Source of the DNA: an uncultured Gemmatimonadaceae bacterium
GTDB lineage: Bacteria > Gemmatimonadota > Gemmatimonadetes > Gemmatimonadales > Gemmatimonadaceae
Assembly: GCA_963817955.1 (NCBI GenBank)
Contig: CAWFQK010000006.1
Span: forward strand, 51,007-115,006
Length of the DNA: 64,000 nucleotides
Reading direction: 5' to 3'
Shown: positions 18,725-27,230 of the stretch, one piece after another
Layout: each line of letters opens with the position of its first letter
How positions within the stretch are numbered: the first letter of the stretch is position 1
The notes under the pieces: model-generated
What the model saw: the letters and a program-made list of their open reading frames with translations, nothing else
What the model was told of the DNA's origin: nothing
Database searches by the model: none
Position numbers and translations under genes: made by a program

Positions 18725-19527
18725 CTTTGCTCCACCGCGTACGGTTGCACTGCAAGGCGGAACGCCTCGCTCGCGACTTTGTGTAGCGAATCCAGCCTGT
18801 CGACTAGAGTTTTCGGTTCGAATTCCATATCCCCGGCCGCGTAATGGTCGAAGTCCAAGAGCGCGACCGGTTCATCTGGTCGAAGCTGCACTTCGTAGTG
18901 AAGCGGCGATGGAGTGAGGTCCGGCGGAAGGAATTGTCCGGTGTTGAGTTGAGTGCTTCTAACGGTCAGCAGACTATCGGCGAGCTGTGCGACAGAATGA
19001 GACAGCGCAAAAGCTTTAGTAACGCCCGCGGTCTGGAGTTCACCGAAGGGAAATCCAACTAACCCGGGCTTCAGGTACTGGCCGAATGATTCGCCGGGCT
19101 CCATCCGCACCAAATCGACGTAACGAATTCCCACCCGCTCGACGAGTCTGACGTCTATCTCGCTCGCCACGGCCTCTAAAACGGGACTCAGGATTGAGCT
19201 AAACCATTCAAAGGTCTTGTAGTGGCTCGTATGTAGGACTACAAACTGTGGCGTAAGCATCACGCCGGTCATTCGGTCTCGAGACAAAAAGTCCCACCGC
19301 TCCACTGAGTCAATTCGCGGAGTTACGCCCGGCCCCAAGACAATGTTTTGGATTTCGCTCTTCTCGAACCGCGGGAACCCAAAGTCCAAATCCTTCAACT
19401 TTTCCTGAAGGGCTGGCACAGACCGAGAAATTGTGAGCACAGGTGAGAACCGCACCTGCGCCAAGACATGTACTAGAGGAGCTTTGTTCAGCTTCCTTGA
19501 GTCTGTCTGGCTTTCTGGCTGATTCAT
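18715..19527 (-). CDS. TIGR04255-family protein (function unknown)
   Basis: 270 aa with LNKAPLVHVLAQVRF, ERVGIRYVD and C-terminal LLDFDH, the pattern I recognise for this sporadic family. Confidence 0.75.
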   Translation of the reverse strand: MNQPESQTDSRKLNKAPLVHVLAQVRFSPVLTISRSVPALQEKLKDLDFGFPRFEKSEIQNIVLGPGVTPRIDSVERWDFLSRDRMTGVMLTPQFVVLHTSHYKTFEWFSSILSPVLEAVASEIDVRLVERVGIRYVDLVRMEPGESFGQYLKPGLVGFPFGELQTAGVTKAFALSHSVAQLADSLLTVRSTQLNTGQFLPPDLTPSPLHYEVQLRPDEPVALLDFDHYAAGDMEFEPKTLVDRLDSLHKVASEAFRLAVQPYAVEQRWK

Positions 19528-19555
19528 ACACTAAAACATACACATAAACATACAC
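19525..19555 (-). promoter_or_regulatory. Three GTGTATG repeats at 12-bp spacing ending in the start codon; candidate operator
   Basis: CATACAC at 19525, 19537 and 19549 on the + strand, with AT-only spacers. Confidence 0.5.
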
Positions 19556-19689
19556 CTGGCAATACGCAATGCGACGCTCCCGGTTTCAGTTGTGAATCTG
19601 GCCAAAAAAAACGCACCGCTTACCAATAGAACGGCGATCCCATCGGTGGGAGGGGTAAGTCGAACAATTCGGACTAGCGCTCTCGTCTA

Positions 19690-19744
19690 AACACAAAAAC
19701 CGGCACAAACAGAACGGCGCCCGAACACGAGTCGGGCGCCGTTC
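19690..19744 (-). terminator. Intrinsic terminator downstream of the tRNA locus
   Basis: 13-bp perfect stem GAACGGCGCCCGA/TCGGGCGCCGTTC (19712-19744) followed on the minus strand by TGTTTGTGCCGGTTTTTGTGTTT. Confidence 0.75.
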
Positions 19745-19782
19745 ATCGTCTATCTCGTTGTGGCACTTAAAGCTTTCTTCAA

Positions 19783-19824
19783 TGCCCGAGGACGGAATCG
19801 AACCGCTGACACGCGGACTTTCAG
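19783..19824 (-). pseudogene. 3' half of a tRNA-Phe(GAA)
   Basis: Minus strand CTGAAAGTCCGCGTGTCAGCGGTTCGATTCCGTCCTCGGGCA gives anticodon loop, T arm and acceptor 3' strand; no D arm or 5' acceptor strand upstream. Confidence 0.7.
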
Positions 19825-19844
19825 ATCGGATGTCGACGATTCAG

Positions 19845-19916
19845 AGGTGCGGGCGAGAATCGAACTCGCGAATAGCGGTTTTGCAGACCGCTGCCTTACC
19901 ACTTGGCTACCGCACC
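19845..19916 (-). tRNA. tRNA-Cys(GCA)
   Basis: GGTGCGGTAGCCAAGTGGTAAGGCAGCGGTCTGCAAAACCGCTATTCGCGAGTTCGATTCTCGCCCGCACCT: full cloverleaf, GCA anticodon, U discriminator, CCA not encoded. Confidence 0.95.
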
Positions 19917-20014
19917 GATTGAGCTCTCAAGCTATTCACCCGGAGTGGCTTCCTCAAGGCAACGCGAGTCGGCCCATCGCGTCCGGCGCAGCTCTTGAAT
20001 ACTATGGCGTAAGG

Positions 20015-20845
20015 ATGCGCACTCCCAATCCACAACGACGCACCAGCACGCGACAGCAGCACACACGTGGCCGGACGCGTTTCGCGTGGGACGTCATGTT
20101 CCGCACGCTGCGTTTCATTGGTCGATACGCGTCCAATGCGTACGCCATTTTCGGCATTTTCCTGCTGTCCGGCGCCGCCATCGCAGTCGTCTGTACCTGG
20201 GCCTTCTCCGAAGTGGCTGAAGGCGTGCGTGCCGGCAGTACTCAAGGTTTCGACGACGCGGTGATGCGCTGGATTGCGCAGCACCAGTATGCGCCGGTCC
20301 AGAGCATCATGCTCGAGGTGACGCCGCTGGGCACAGGCTCCGTCGTCGCGATGATCGTCCTCATCGCCGGGATGTTCCTCTGGTTGAACCAGCACAAGCA
20401 CTCCGCCGCGCTCCTGGTGGTCGCGACGCTTGGCGGATTGGTGCTCGATCAGTTGTTGAAGATCGGCTTCAATCGGCCACGTCCGGAGGTCTTCACCTGG
20501 GGCACGCGCGCGGTGAGCTCCTCGTTCCCATCCGGGCACGCCATGAGCTCCGTGATCGTCTACGGTACGGTGGCCTATCTTGCGGCGCGTCTCCAGCAGA
20601 ACCTGACGTCGCGTGTGATGACGATGGGGCTCGCTGCCTTCATAGTCATTCTCATCTGCTCCAGCCGTCTGTACTTGGGCGTCCACTACCCGTCCGACGT
20701 TCTCGCCGGCGTGATCATCGGCTTGGCGTGGGCGGGTTTCTGTATGGCCGTCCTCGAGGCGGCCCAGCTCTACGCCAAGTACAATGCTCCGCAGCTGCTC
20801 CAGGACGAACGGCCAGCGCCGAGCGGCGCATCGCCGTCCTCGTGA
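20015..20845 (+). CDS. PAP2-family membrane phosphatase
   Basis: KIGFNRPRP, SFPSGH, SRLYLGVHYPSDV; start moved to ATG 20015 so that it does not overlap the tRNAs. Confidence 0.9.
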   Translation: MRTPNPQRRTSTRQQHTRGRTRFAWDVMFRTLRFIGRYASNAYAIFGIFLLSGAAIAVVCTWAFSEVAEGVRAGSTQGFDDAVMRWIAQHQYAPVQSIMLEVTPLGTGSVVAMIVLIAGMFLWLNQHKHSAALLVVATLGGLVLDQLLKIGFNRPRPEVFTWGTRAVSSSFPSGHAMSSVIVYGTVAYLAARLQQNLTSRVMTMGLAAFIVILICSSRLYLGVHYPSDVLAGVIIGLAWAGFCMAVLEAAQLYAKYNAPQLLQDERPAPSGASPSS

Positions 20846-20911
20846 ACGGCTGAGCAGCTGAGCGGGCGGAGCATCGGCTCACCGAATCCACGCGACGGTC
20901 ACTAGATTCTC

Positions 20912-22174
20912 GTGGCCGTGGCCCACGATCCGTACGCATCGCTTCGCGTCAAGAGTTACCGATGGTTCATCGTCTCCCTGCTGACGATGACCATCTCCTC
21001 GCAGATCCAAGGTGTCGTCGTCGCCTGGCAGATCTACCACATCACGCATGACCCGCTGTCGCTGGGACTGATGGGTCTGGCGGAAGCACTCCCATACATC
21101 GGCCTGTCACTCTACGCCGGTCACATCGCCGATCGGATGAATCGGCATGTCGTCGCGATCGCATCGCTCGCGCTGATGCTCGGGTGTTCGTTGACGTTGC
21201 TCGCGTTCAACATCCTTCCCGAGTTCCTCCAGCGGCACGGCGCAATGCCCTTCTACGGCGTCATATTCGTCACGGGCATCGCGCGCAGCTTCCTGCAACC
21301 GTCGCGCAACGCGCTCGGCGCCGAGTTGATCGACCGCTCGCTCTATGCGAATGCGGTGGCGTGGCGCAGTTCCACCTGGCAGACGGCCGCCGTCGTTGGG
21401 CCGGCACTCGGCGGGTTGATCTATGGTTTCGCCTCTCCCCGTGTTGCATACATCGCCGACGCCGTGATGATGGGCGTGGCGGTGCTCACGTTCTCATGGA
21501 TCGAGTACACCCCGCGCGTCATCACCACGATGCGTGAATCCATCGGCGACAGCCTGCGCCAAGGGCTGCGATTCGTGTTTCATGAATCGGTGCTCCTGTC
21601 GGCGCTGACGCTCGATCTCTTTTCCGTTCTCCTCGGTGGTGCCGAAGCACTATTGCCGGTGTTCGCCGATCAGATCTTGCACGTGGGGCCGGAGGGACTC
21701 GGCGTGTTGCGCGCCGCCCCCGCGGTGGGCGCGGTGGTCGCATCGGTATATCTGGCTCACCAGGCGCCGTTCCAGCGGGCAGGCAAAACGATGCTATATG
21801 CCGTGGCAACCTTTTCGCTGTGCATCGTGGGGTTCGGCCTGTCGCACAGCTTTGCGTTGTCGCTGCTACTGCTCGCCATTAGCGGCATGGCCGACAACGT
21901 CAGCGTCCTCATACGGTCGACGCTGCTTCAGGTCGTCACTCCCCCGCACCTGCTGGGGCGGGTGGGATCTGTCAATTCCATCTTCGTCGGCTCGTCGAAC
22001 GAGCTCGGCGCATTCGAGTCGGGCGTTGCGGCGCGTCTGCTCGGCACGGTTGCATCGGTCGTGCTCGGCGGACTCGCTTCACTGGGCGTCGTGGGGACGA
22101 TTGGCGCAACCGTTCCACGGCTTAGACGCTTGGGCGGAATCCATGAGCTGACCCCAAAAGAGCAGGTTGCGTAG
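20912..22174 (+). CDS. MFS transporter (EntS/H+ antiporter-like)
   Basis: ~12 TM; GHIADRMNR, GPALGG, LLGRVGSVNSIFVGSSNELGAFESG. Confidence 0.9.
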   Translation: MAVAHDPYASLRVKSYRWFIVSLLTMTISSQIQGVVVAWQIYHITHDPLSLGLMGLAEALPYIGLSLYAGHIADRMNRHVVAIASLALMLGCSLTLLAFNILPEFLQRHGAMPFYGVIFVTGIARSFLQPSRNALGAELIDRSLYANAVAWRSSTWQTAAVVGPALGGLIYGFASPRVAYIADAVMMGVAVLTFSWIEYTPRVITTMRESIGDSLRQGLRFVFHESVLLSALTLDLFSVLLGGAEALLPVFADQILHVGPEGLGVLRAAPAVGAVVASVYLAHQAPFQRAGKTMLYAVATFSLCIVGFGLSHSFALSLLLLAISGMADNVSVLIRSTLLQVVTPPHLLGRVGSVNSIFVGSSNELGAFESGVAARLLGTVASVVLGGLASLGVVGTIGATVPRLRRLGGIHELTPKEQVA

Positions 22175-22314
22175 CCGATCGGTTACCATTCGACCACTTT
22201 TTACTGGTTTTTTGGAGAAACATCTCCCAGAATTTGCATTTTGTGCAGGATTTGCGATACATTTTGCAGTCAGAGCCGCGCTCATATAACCAAGTTCACG
22301 AGGTTTCGCCTGCA

Positions 22315-24537
22315 ATGCCTGCGTCCACTATGTCGTCTCGGCAAATGGTGATCCGAGAGATCACCGAACGTGAAGTACACACGCCTGCGGGCGTGAGCGG
22401 AAACGGTGTGCATCCGCGCACGTCCGAGTACTTCGGCGTGAACACGTTTGGCGTGAGACAGATGCGTGACAAGCTGCCCCGCGAGACGTACGCCAAGCTT
22501 CTCGACGCCGTTCGCCACGGAAAGAAGCTCGACATCGAGGTGGCGCCACGTGTGGCGCAGGCAATCAAGGAGTGGGCGATCGGGCATGGCGCGACGCACT
22601 TCACGCATTGGTTCCAACCGCTGACGGGACTGACCGCCGAGAAGCACGACGCCTTCCTGTCGTTCGACGACGGCCAACCCATGGAGACGTTCGGTGCCTC
22701 ACAGCTCATCCAGAGCGAGCCCGACGCGTCGAGCTTTCCGAGTGGTGGCCTGCGCGCCACCTGGGAAGCGCGCGGCTATACGGCCTGGAACCCGGCGAGT
22801 CCGGTGTTCATTGCGGAATGGGCAGGCGTGAAGACGCTGTGCATTCCGTCGGTGTTCGTCGGCTACAACGGCGAGGCGCTCGACGAGATGACGCCGCTGC
22901 TGCGCAGCTCCGATGCGCTCTCATCCAAGGCCATGGAGCTGCTCGAGCTGCTCGGCGATACCGGCGTCTATCGCGTCTTCACCACACTCGGCGCCGAGCA
23001 GGAGTATTTCCTTATTGATCGCGCGCATTTTGCCATGCGCCCGGATCTCGTGATGGCGGGCCGTACGCTCATCGGCGCCCCGCCGTCGCGCGGGCAGCAG
23101 CTCGAGGATCACTATTTCGGCGGCATTCCGGAACGCATCCAGGCATGCATTGCCGAGGTGGAGTACGAGCTGTATCGCCTCGGCGTGCCGATCATGACCC
23201 GGCACAACGAGGTGGCGCCAAGCCAGTTCGAGATGGCACCGCGCTTCGAGGAGACGGACGTCGCGGTCGATCATAACCAACTCGTCATGGCAACCTTGCG
23301 GCGCGTGGCGCTACGCCATGGGCTGCAGGCGCTGCTGCACGAGAAGCCCTTCGCCGGTATCAACGGCTCTGGAAAGCACTGTAACTGGTCGATGTCGATT
23401 GCCGCAGACAATCCAGACATCGACGGCTACAATCTGCTCCAGCCGGGTCAGACGCCGCACCAGAACATTCGGTTCCTGGTGTTCCTTGCGGCTGTGTTGC
23501 ACGCCGTGCACAAGCACGCGGCGTTGCTCCGAGCCGGTATCGCCACGTCGGGTAATGAACATCGCCTCGGCGCCAACGAAGCGCCGCCAGCGATCATTTC
23601 CGTGTTCATGGGAAACGGGCTGACGAAGGTCATCGAGGCGATCGCCGCTGGCAAGACGTTGGGCAGCGCCGATCAGCAGATGATCAAACTCGGCATCGCG
23701 CGCCTGCCGGAGATCGAAAAGGACAACACCGATCGCAACCGGACATCGCCATTCGCCTTCACGGGCAACAAGTTCGAATTTCGCGCCGTCGGTTCGTCGC
23801 AGTCGATCGCATTCCCTATCGTGCTGCTCAACGCCGCGGTCGCTGAAGCCATTGGCGAGATCACGATGGCACTGAAGGCCGAGCTGAAGAAAACGAAGAA
23901 GGTGGACGACGCGGTGTTGAAGGTGGTGCGTCCCATCTTCAAGGACACAACTCCGGTTCGCTTTGAAGGCAACAACTACTCGGCCGAGTGGGTCATTGAA
24001 GCGGAAAAGCGCGGGCTTCCGAATCTCCGCCGCACGCCCGATGCGTTGGCGCAACTCGAGACGAAACAGTCGCGCAAGCTGCTGACGTCAATGAACGTGC
24101 TCAGCAACGAAGAGCTCGCGTCACGCTACCACGTTCGCATGGAACGCTACATCAAGGACATGCTCATCGAGCTGCACACGCTGCGCGAAATGGTGGACAC
24201 GCAGGTGTTGCCGGCTGGGTTCGACTGTATGGGCCGTCTGTCGAAGAGCGCGGCGCAGGCCAAGACCGCCGGCATCACGTCCATTCCGCAGATCGCAGCA
24301 GCGAACGCGCTGGGCGAGATGATCACGGAGCTCCAGATACGCCGTGTCGCGCTTGGCAAGGTAATCGACGACACCGAAGCACTGCACGACAACATCGAGA
24401 AGCAGGCGAATCTGTTGACCACGGTGGGGGCCGATGTCATGGCCCAGGTCCGCGCCTGTTGCGACGCACTCGAGGTGTCCGTGAGTGATGACTGCTGGCC
24501 GCTGCCGAAGTATCGGGAGATGTTGTTTCCGGTGTGA
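22315..24537 (+). CDS. glnN: Glutamine synthetase type III
   Basis: THWFQPLTGLTAEKHD, EPDASSFPSGGLR, HNEVAP, NGSGKH, DRNRTSPFAFTGNKFEFR, WPLPKYREMLF. Confidence 0.95.
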   Translation: MPASTMSSRQMVIREITEREVHTPAGVSGNGVHPRTSEYFGVNTFGVRQMRDKLPRETYAKLLDAVRHGKKLDIEVAPRVAQAIKEWAIGHGATHFTHWFQPLTGLTAEKHDAFLSFDDGQPMETFGASQLIQSEPDASSFPSGGLRATWEARGYTAWNPASPVFIAEWAGVKTLCIPSVFVGYNGEALDEMTPLLRSSDALSSKAMELLELLGDTGVYRVFTTLGAEQEYFLIDRAHFAMRPDLVMAGRTLIGAPPSRGQQLEDHYFGGIPERIQACIAEVEYELYRLGVPIMTRHNEVAPSQFEMAPRFEETDVAVDHNQLVMATLRRVALRHGLQALLHEKPFAGINGSGKHCNWSMSIAADNPDIDGYNLLQPGQTPHQNIRFLVFLAAVLHAVHKHAALLRAGIATSGNEHRLGANEAPPAIISVFMGNGLTKVIEAIAAGKTLGSADQQMIKLGIARLPEIEKDNTDRNRTSPFAFTGNKFEFRAVGSSQSIAFPIVLLNAAVAEAIGEITMALKAELKKTKKVDDAVLKVVRPIFKDTTPVRFEGNNYSAEWVIEAEKRGLPNLRRTPDALAQLETKQSRKLLTSMNVLSNEELASRYHVRMERYIKDMLIELHTLREMVDTQVLPAGFDCMGRLSKSAAQAKTAGITSIPQIAAANALGEMITELQIRRVALGKVIDDTEALHDNIEKQANLLTTVGADVMAQVRACCDALEVSVSDDCWPLPKYREMLFPV

Positions 24538-24677
24538 GGAGACGGACGCTAGACGGTGGACGCTAGCAATTCGGAAGAGCGGTGCGACGAATGTCGCACC
24601 GCTCTTTCTTGGCCGTTCCCTTCCTTTTTCCCTTTCCTCTAGCGGCTCACCGGCACCGGCGAGTAATTACCTGTACT

Positions 24678-26496
24678 ATGCCCGACGAAATTTCGCGTCG
24701 TGATTGGTTGAAGACCGTTGGCGTCGTCGGCGCCGGCGCGCTCGTGCCGCACGATGCGCTGGCGATCGAGGTGCCCGGCGTCGCTGCTCACGTGTTGCCA
24801 ACCATCGTCACCGCGCCTGGCGCGACTGGAGACATTCTCGAGCTGACGTCGACGAGCGAGATCTTCACGCCGCCGCGCGGCCGGTCCTACATGAAATTCA
24901 GCTTCGACTTCCCCGAGCCAAGTGTCGTATTCGGGGACTATCGATTTGGGTTTCTCGTGTTCACCGACGAGAACACGTATGGACTCGATCGAGCGAAGAT
25001 GCGCGTCGAAGGTGACGGTGAACAGCTGCGATTGATCTGCGATGGGTTTGTCTGGGCGGGCGGCCAGGAGAAGGCGCCCGGGCGGCTGGTGGCATCGCTA
25101 CGGCGGAATGGGTCCACCATCGAGTGGGATGCGGTGGTCGAGATGGACCGTCCGATCAAGAGCATCACGACGATCGTGCGTGGCGTGCCGCGCGGCCAGC
25201 TTTCGTTCGGCGGCGGCGGCTTTGCCGATCCGCGCGACGGTGAGTCGCTCGCCGGTTATCCGTTCGGCGGCGGAGATCTGCACGGCCCCGGTGCAGCATC
25301 TGGCATGACGACGCCGCTGCTCATGATTCAGACGTCCCCCGGCGATGTCGTGTACCTGTCATCGCTCGACAACAATGTTCGTCCCAAGCGGTTCTACCTC
25401 GCGCCGGGTGAGACGACATATCGTGTCGAGGCAATCTACGAGCACGATGCGTGGCGGAACGACCATCGCGTCGAGATGCCAGCGTGGCGGCTGGGTCGCG
25501 CCGCTGGAGCTGACGACGCCGCGGCAGCACACATGCAGCACGTCGAGCGAGCCTTCGGCCTCCCGGATTTCCAGACACGACCTGACGTGCCGAGTTGGAT
25601 GCGACGGATCGCAATGGTAACGACGTTGCACGGGCAGCATTACACCGGGTTCATCTTCAACGATTACACCGCGCAACTCGAGATTCTGCGCTGGATGGCG
25701 ACGCAGATTCCGGCCGATCGCGTTCTCGTATTCCTCGCGGCGTGGGACGGGCGGTACTACTGGGATTATCCCAACTATCGCGTGTCCGATCGGATGGGAG
25801 GCGAGGCGGGCTTTCGGCGCCTCATTGACGAGGGTCAACGCCTGGGTTTTCGCATGATGCCAATGTTCGGCACGAACGCGGCGAACCGGCACCAGCCCGT
25901 GTGGCCCACCATTGCCGACGCAATCACGCAGAAGATCGATGGCGACGTCTACAATCTGAACTGGGTCGATTGGAACAATGACCGCCATCAAGACGGCTGG
26001 CTCGCGTACATGAATCTCGGCACCGATTCCTGGCGCACGCATCTGGAAGGACGGATTGCCGAGATGGTCGAACGCTATCGCGTGGACGCGTATTTCCTCG
26101 ACATCGCCGGCGGTCATGTGAACAGCACGAATGGCGACATGCACCAGGGCACGCGGCGCCTCGTTGAATCGTTGCGGCAGCGGTATCCCAATGTCGCGTG
26201 TGTGGGCGAAATGCCGTATGACGCGCTGCACGCCTTCATTCCGATGTATCACGCCGGTGGCGGGGCACGCTGGCAGAAGTACAGCCGCATTCTTCCAGCA
26301 TCTGAGCGCGCCTGCCCCGGGACGAGGGAGTAGCGGCGTACACGAGTCCGGCTTTGGACGGTTCAACAACGACACGCTGTCGCTGTCGCCAAACGCGATT
26401 CCAACACTGCAGGTCGTCGACGACACCTTCACCAAGTATCGCGACGTGATGACGGCGATCATTCAACGCGCCAAGCAGCGCGCGGGCATCGCATGA
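24678..26496 (+). CDS. Tat-exported hypothetical protein, possible glycoside hydrolase; +1 frameshift at ~26290
   Basis: SRRDWLK Tat motif; aromatic-rich barrel-like region (WDGRYYWDYP, DAYFLD). Removing A26290 joins KYSR-FFQHLSAP...RAGIA, which ends overlapping the araD start. Confidence 0.65.
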
Positions 26497-27206
26497 GCCC
26501 GGGCGACTCGCTCTTGCGGCTTCGCGAGGATGTGTGTGACGCGAATGTCGAGATTGCGCGGCGCGATCTGGCGCGATTCACGTTCGGTAATGCGAGCGGT
26601 ATCGATCGCCGCCGTGGGCTTGTCGTCATCAAGCCGAGCGGCGTGTCGTACGACGATCTGCGTCCGGGGAATCTGGTCGTCGTCGACCTCGAGGGTCGCG
26701 TGGTCGAAGGTAAGTTGCGGCCGTCGTCGGATCTGCCGACACACCTCGTGCTGTACCGCGCGTTCGCGGGGATCGGCGGTGTCGTACACACGCACTCGCA
26801 TTACGCCACGGTCTGGGCGCAATCTCAGCGCGAAATTCCCTGCTTCGGCACGACGCACGCCGATTACTTCCACGGACCAATCCCAATCACGCCGTACTTG
26901 GCCGGCCCGGACATCAGTTCGGAGTATGAGCACAACACCGGGCTCGCGATCGTCCGTCGTCTCGAAGGCATCGATCCGCAGCGGATGACGGCCATTCTCG
27001 TTGCCAGCCATGCCAGTTTCTGCTGGGGGCCGACCGTTGGCGATGCAGTCGAGACCGCGTCAATTCTCGAGGAGGTCGCCGAGATGGCGTACCGGACCGT
27101 GGCGCTGAACGCTGCCGCTGATCCAATTCCGGCGGTGCTTCTCGACAAGCACTTCTTCCGCAAGCACGGCCCGGGCGCATACTACGGACAGTCCGGCGGC
27201 GATTGA
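26493..27206 (+). CDS. araD: L-ribulose-5-phosphate 4-epimerase
   Basis: FTFGNASG, IKPSGV, RPSSDLPTH, HTHS, GTTHADYF, LDKHFFRKHG. Confidence 0.95.
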   Translation: MSPGDSLLRLREDVCDANVEIARRDLARFTFGNASGIDRRRGLVVIKPSGVSYDDLRPGNLVVVDLEGRVVEGKLRPSSDLPTHLVLYRAFAGIGGVVHTHSHYATVWAQSQREIPCFGTTHADYFHGPIPITPYLAGPDISSEYEHNTGLAIVRRLEGIDPQRMTAILVASHASFCWGPTVGDAVETASILEEVAEMAYRTVALNAAADPIPAVLLDKHFFRKHGPGAYYGQSGGD

Positions 27207-27230
27207 CCGCGGCCTTCCAACCTCAGTGAC

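Noticed and set aside
19760..20014. N-terminal extension of the PAP2 ORF
   Set aside because: It runs antisense through tRNA-Cys and the tRNA-Phe fragment; ATG 20015 is more plausible.
22180..22314. Sigma-54 promoter or NtrC boxes upstream of glnN
   Set aside because: AT-rich with several TTGC/TGCA words, but no convincing GG-N10-GC consensus or correctly spaced palindrome by eye.
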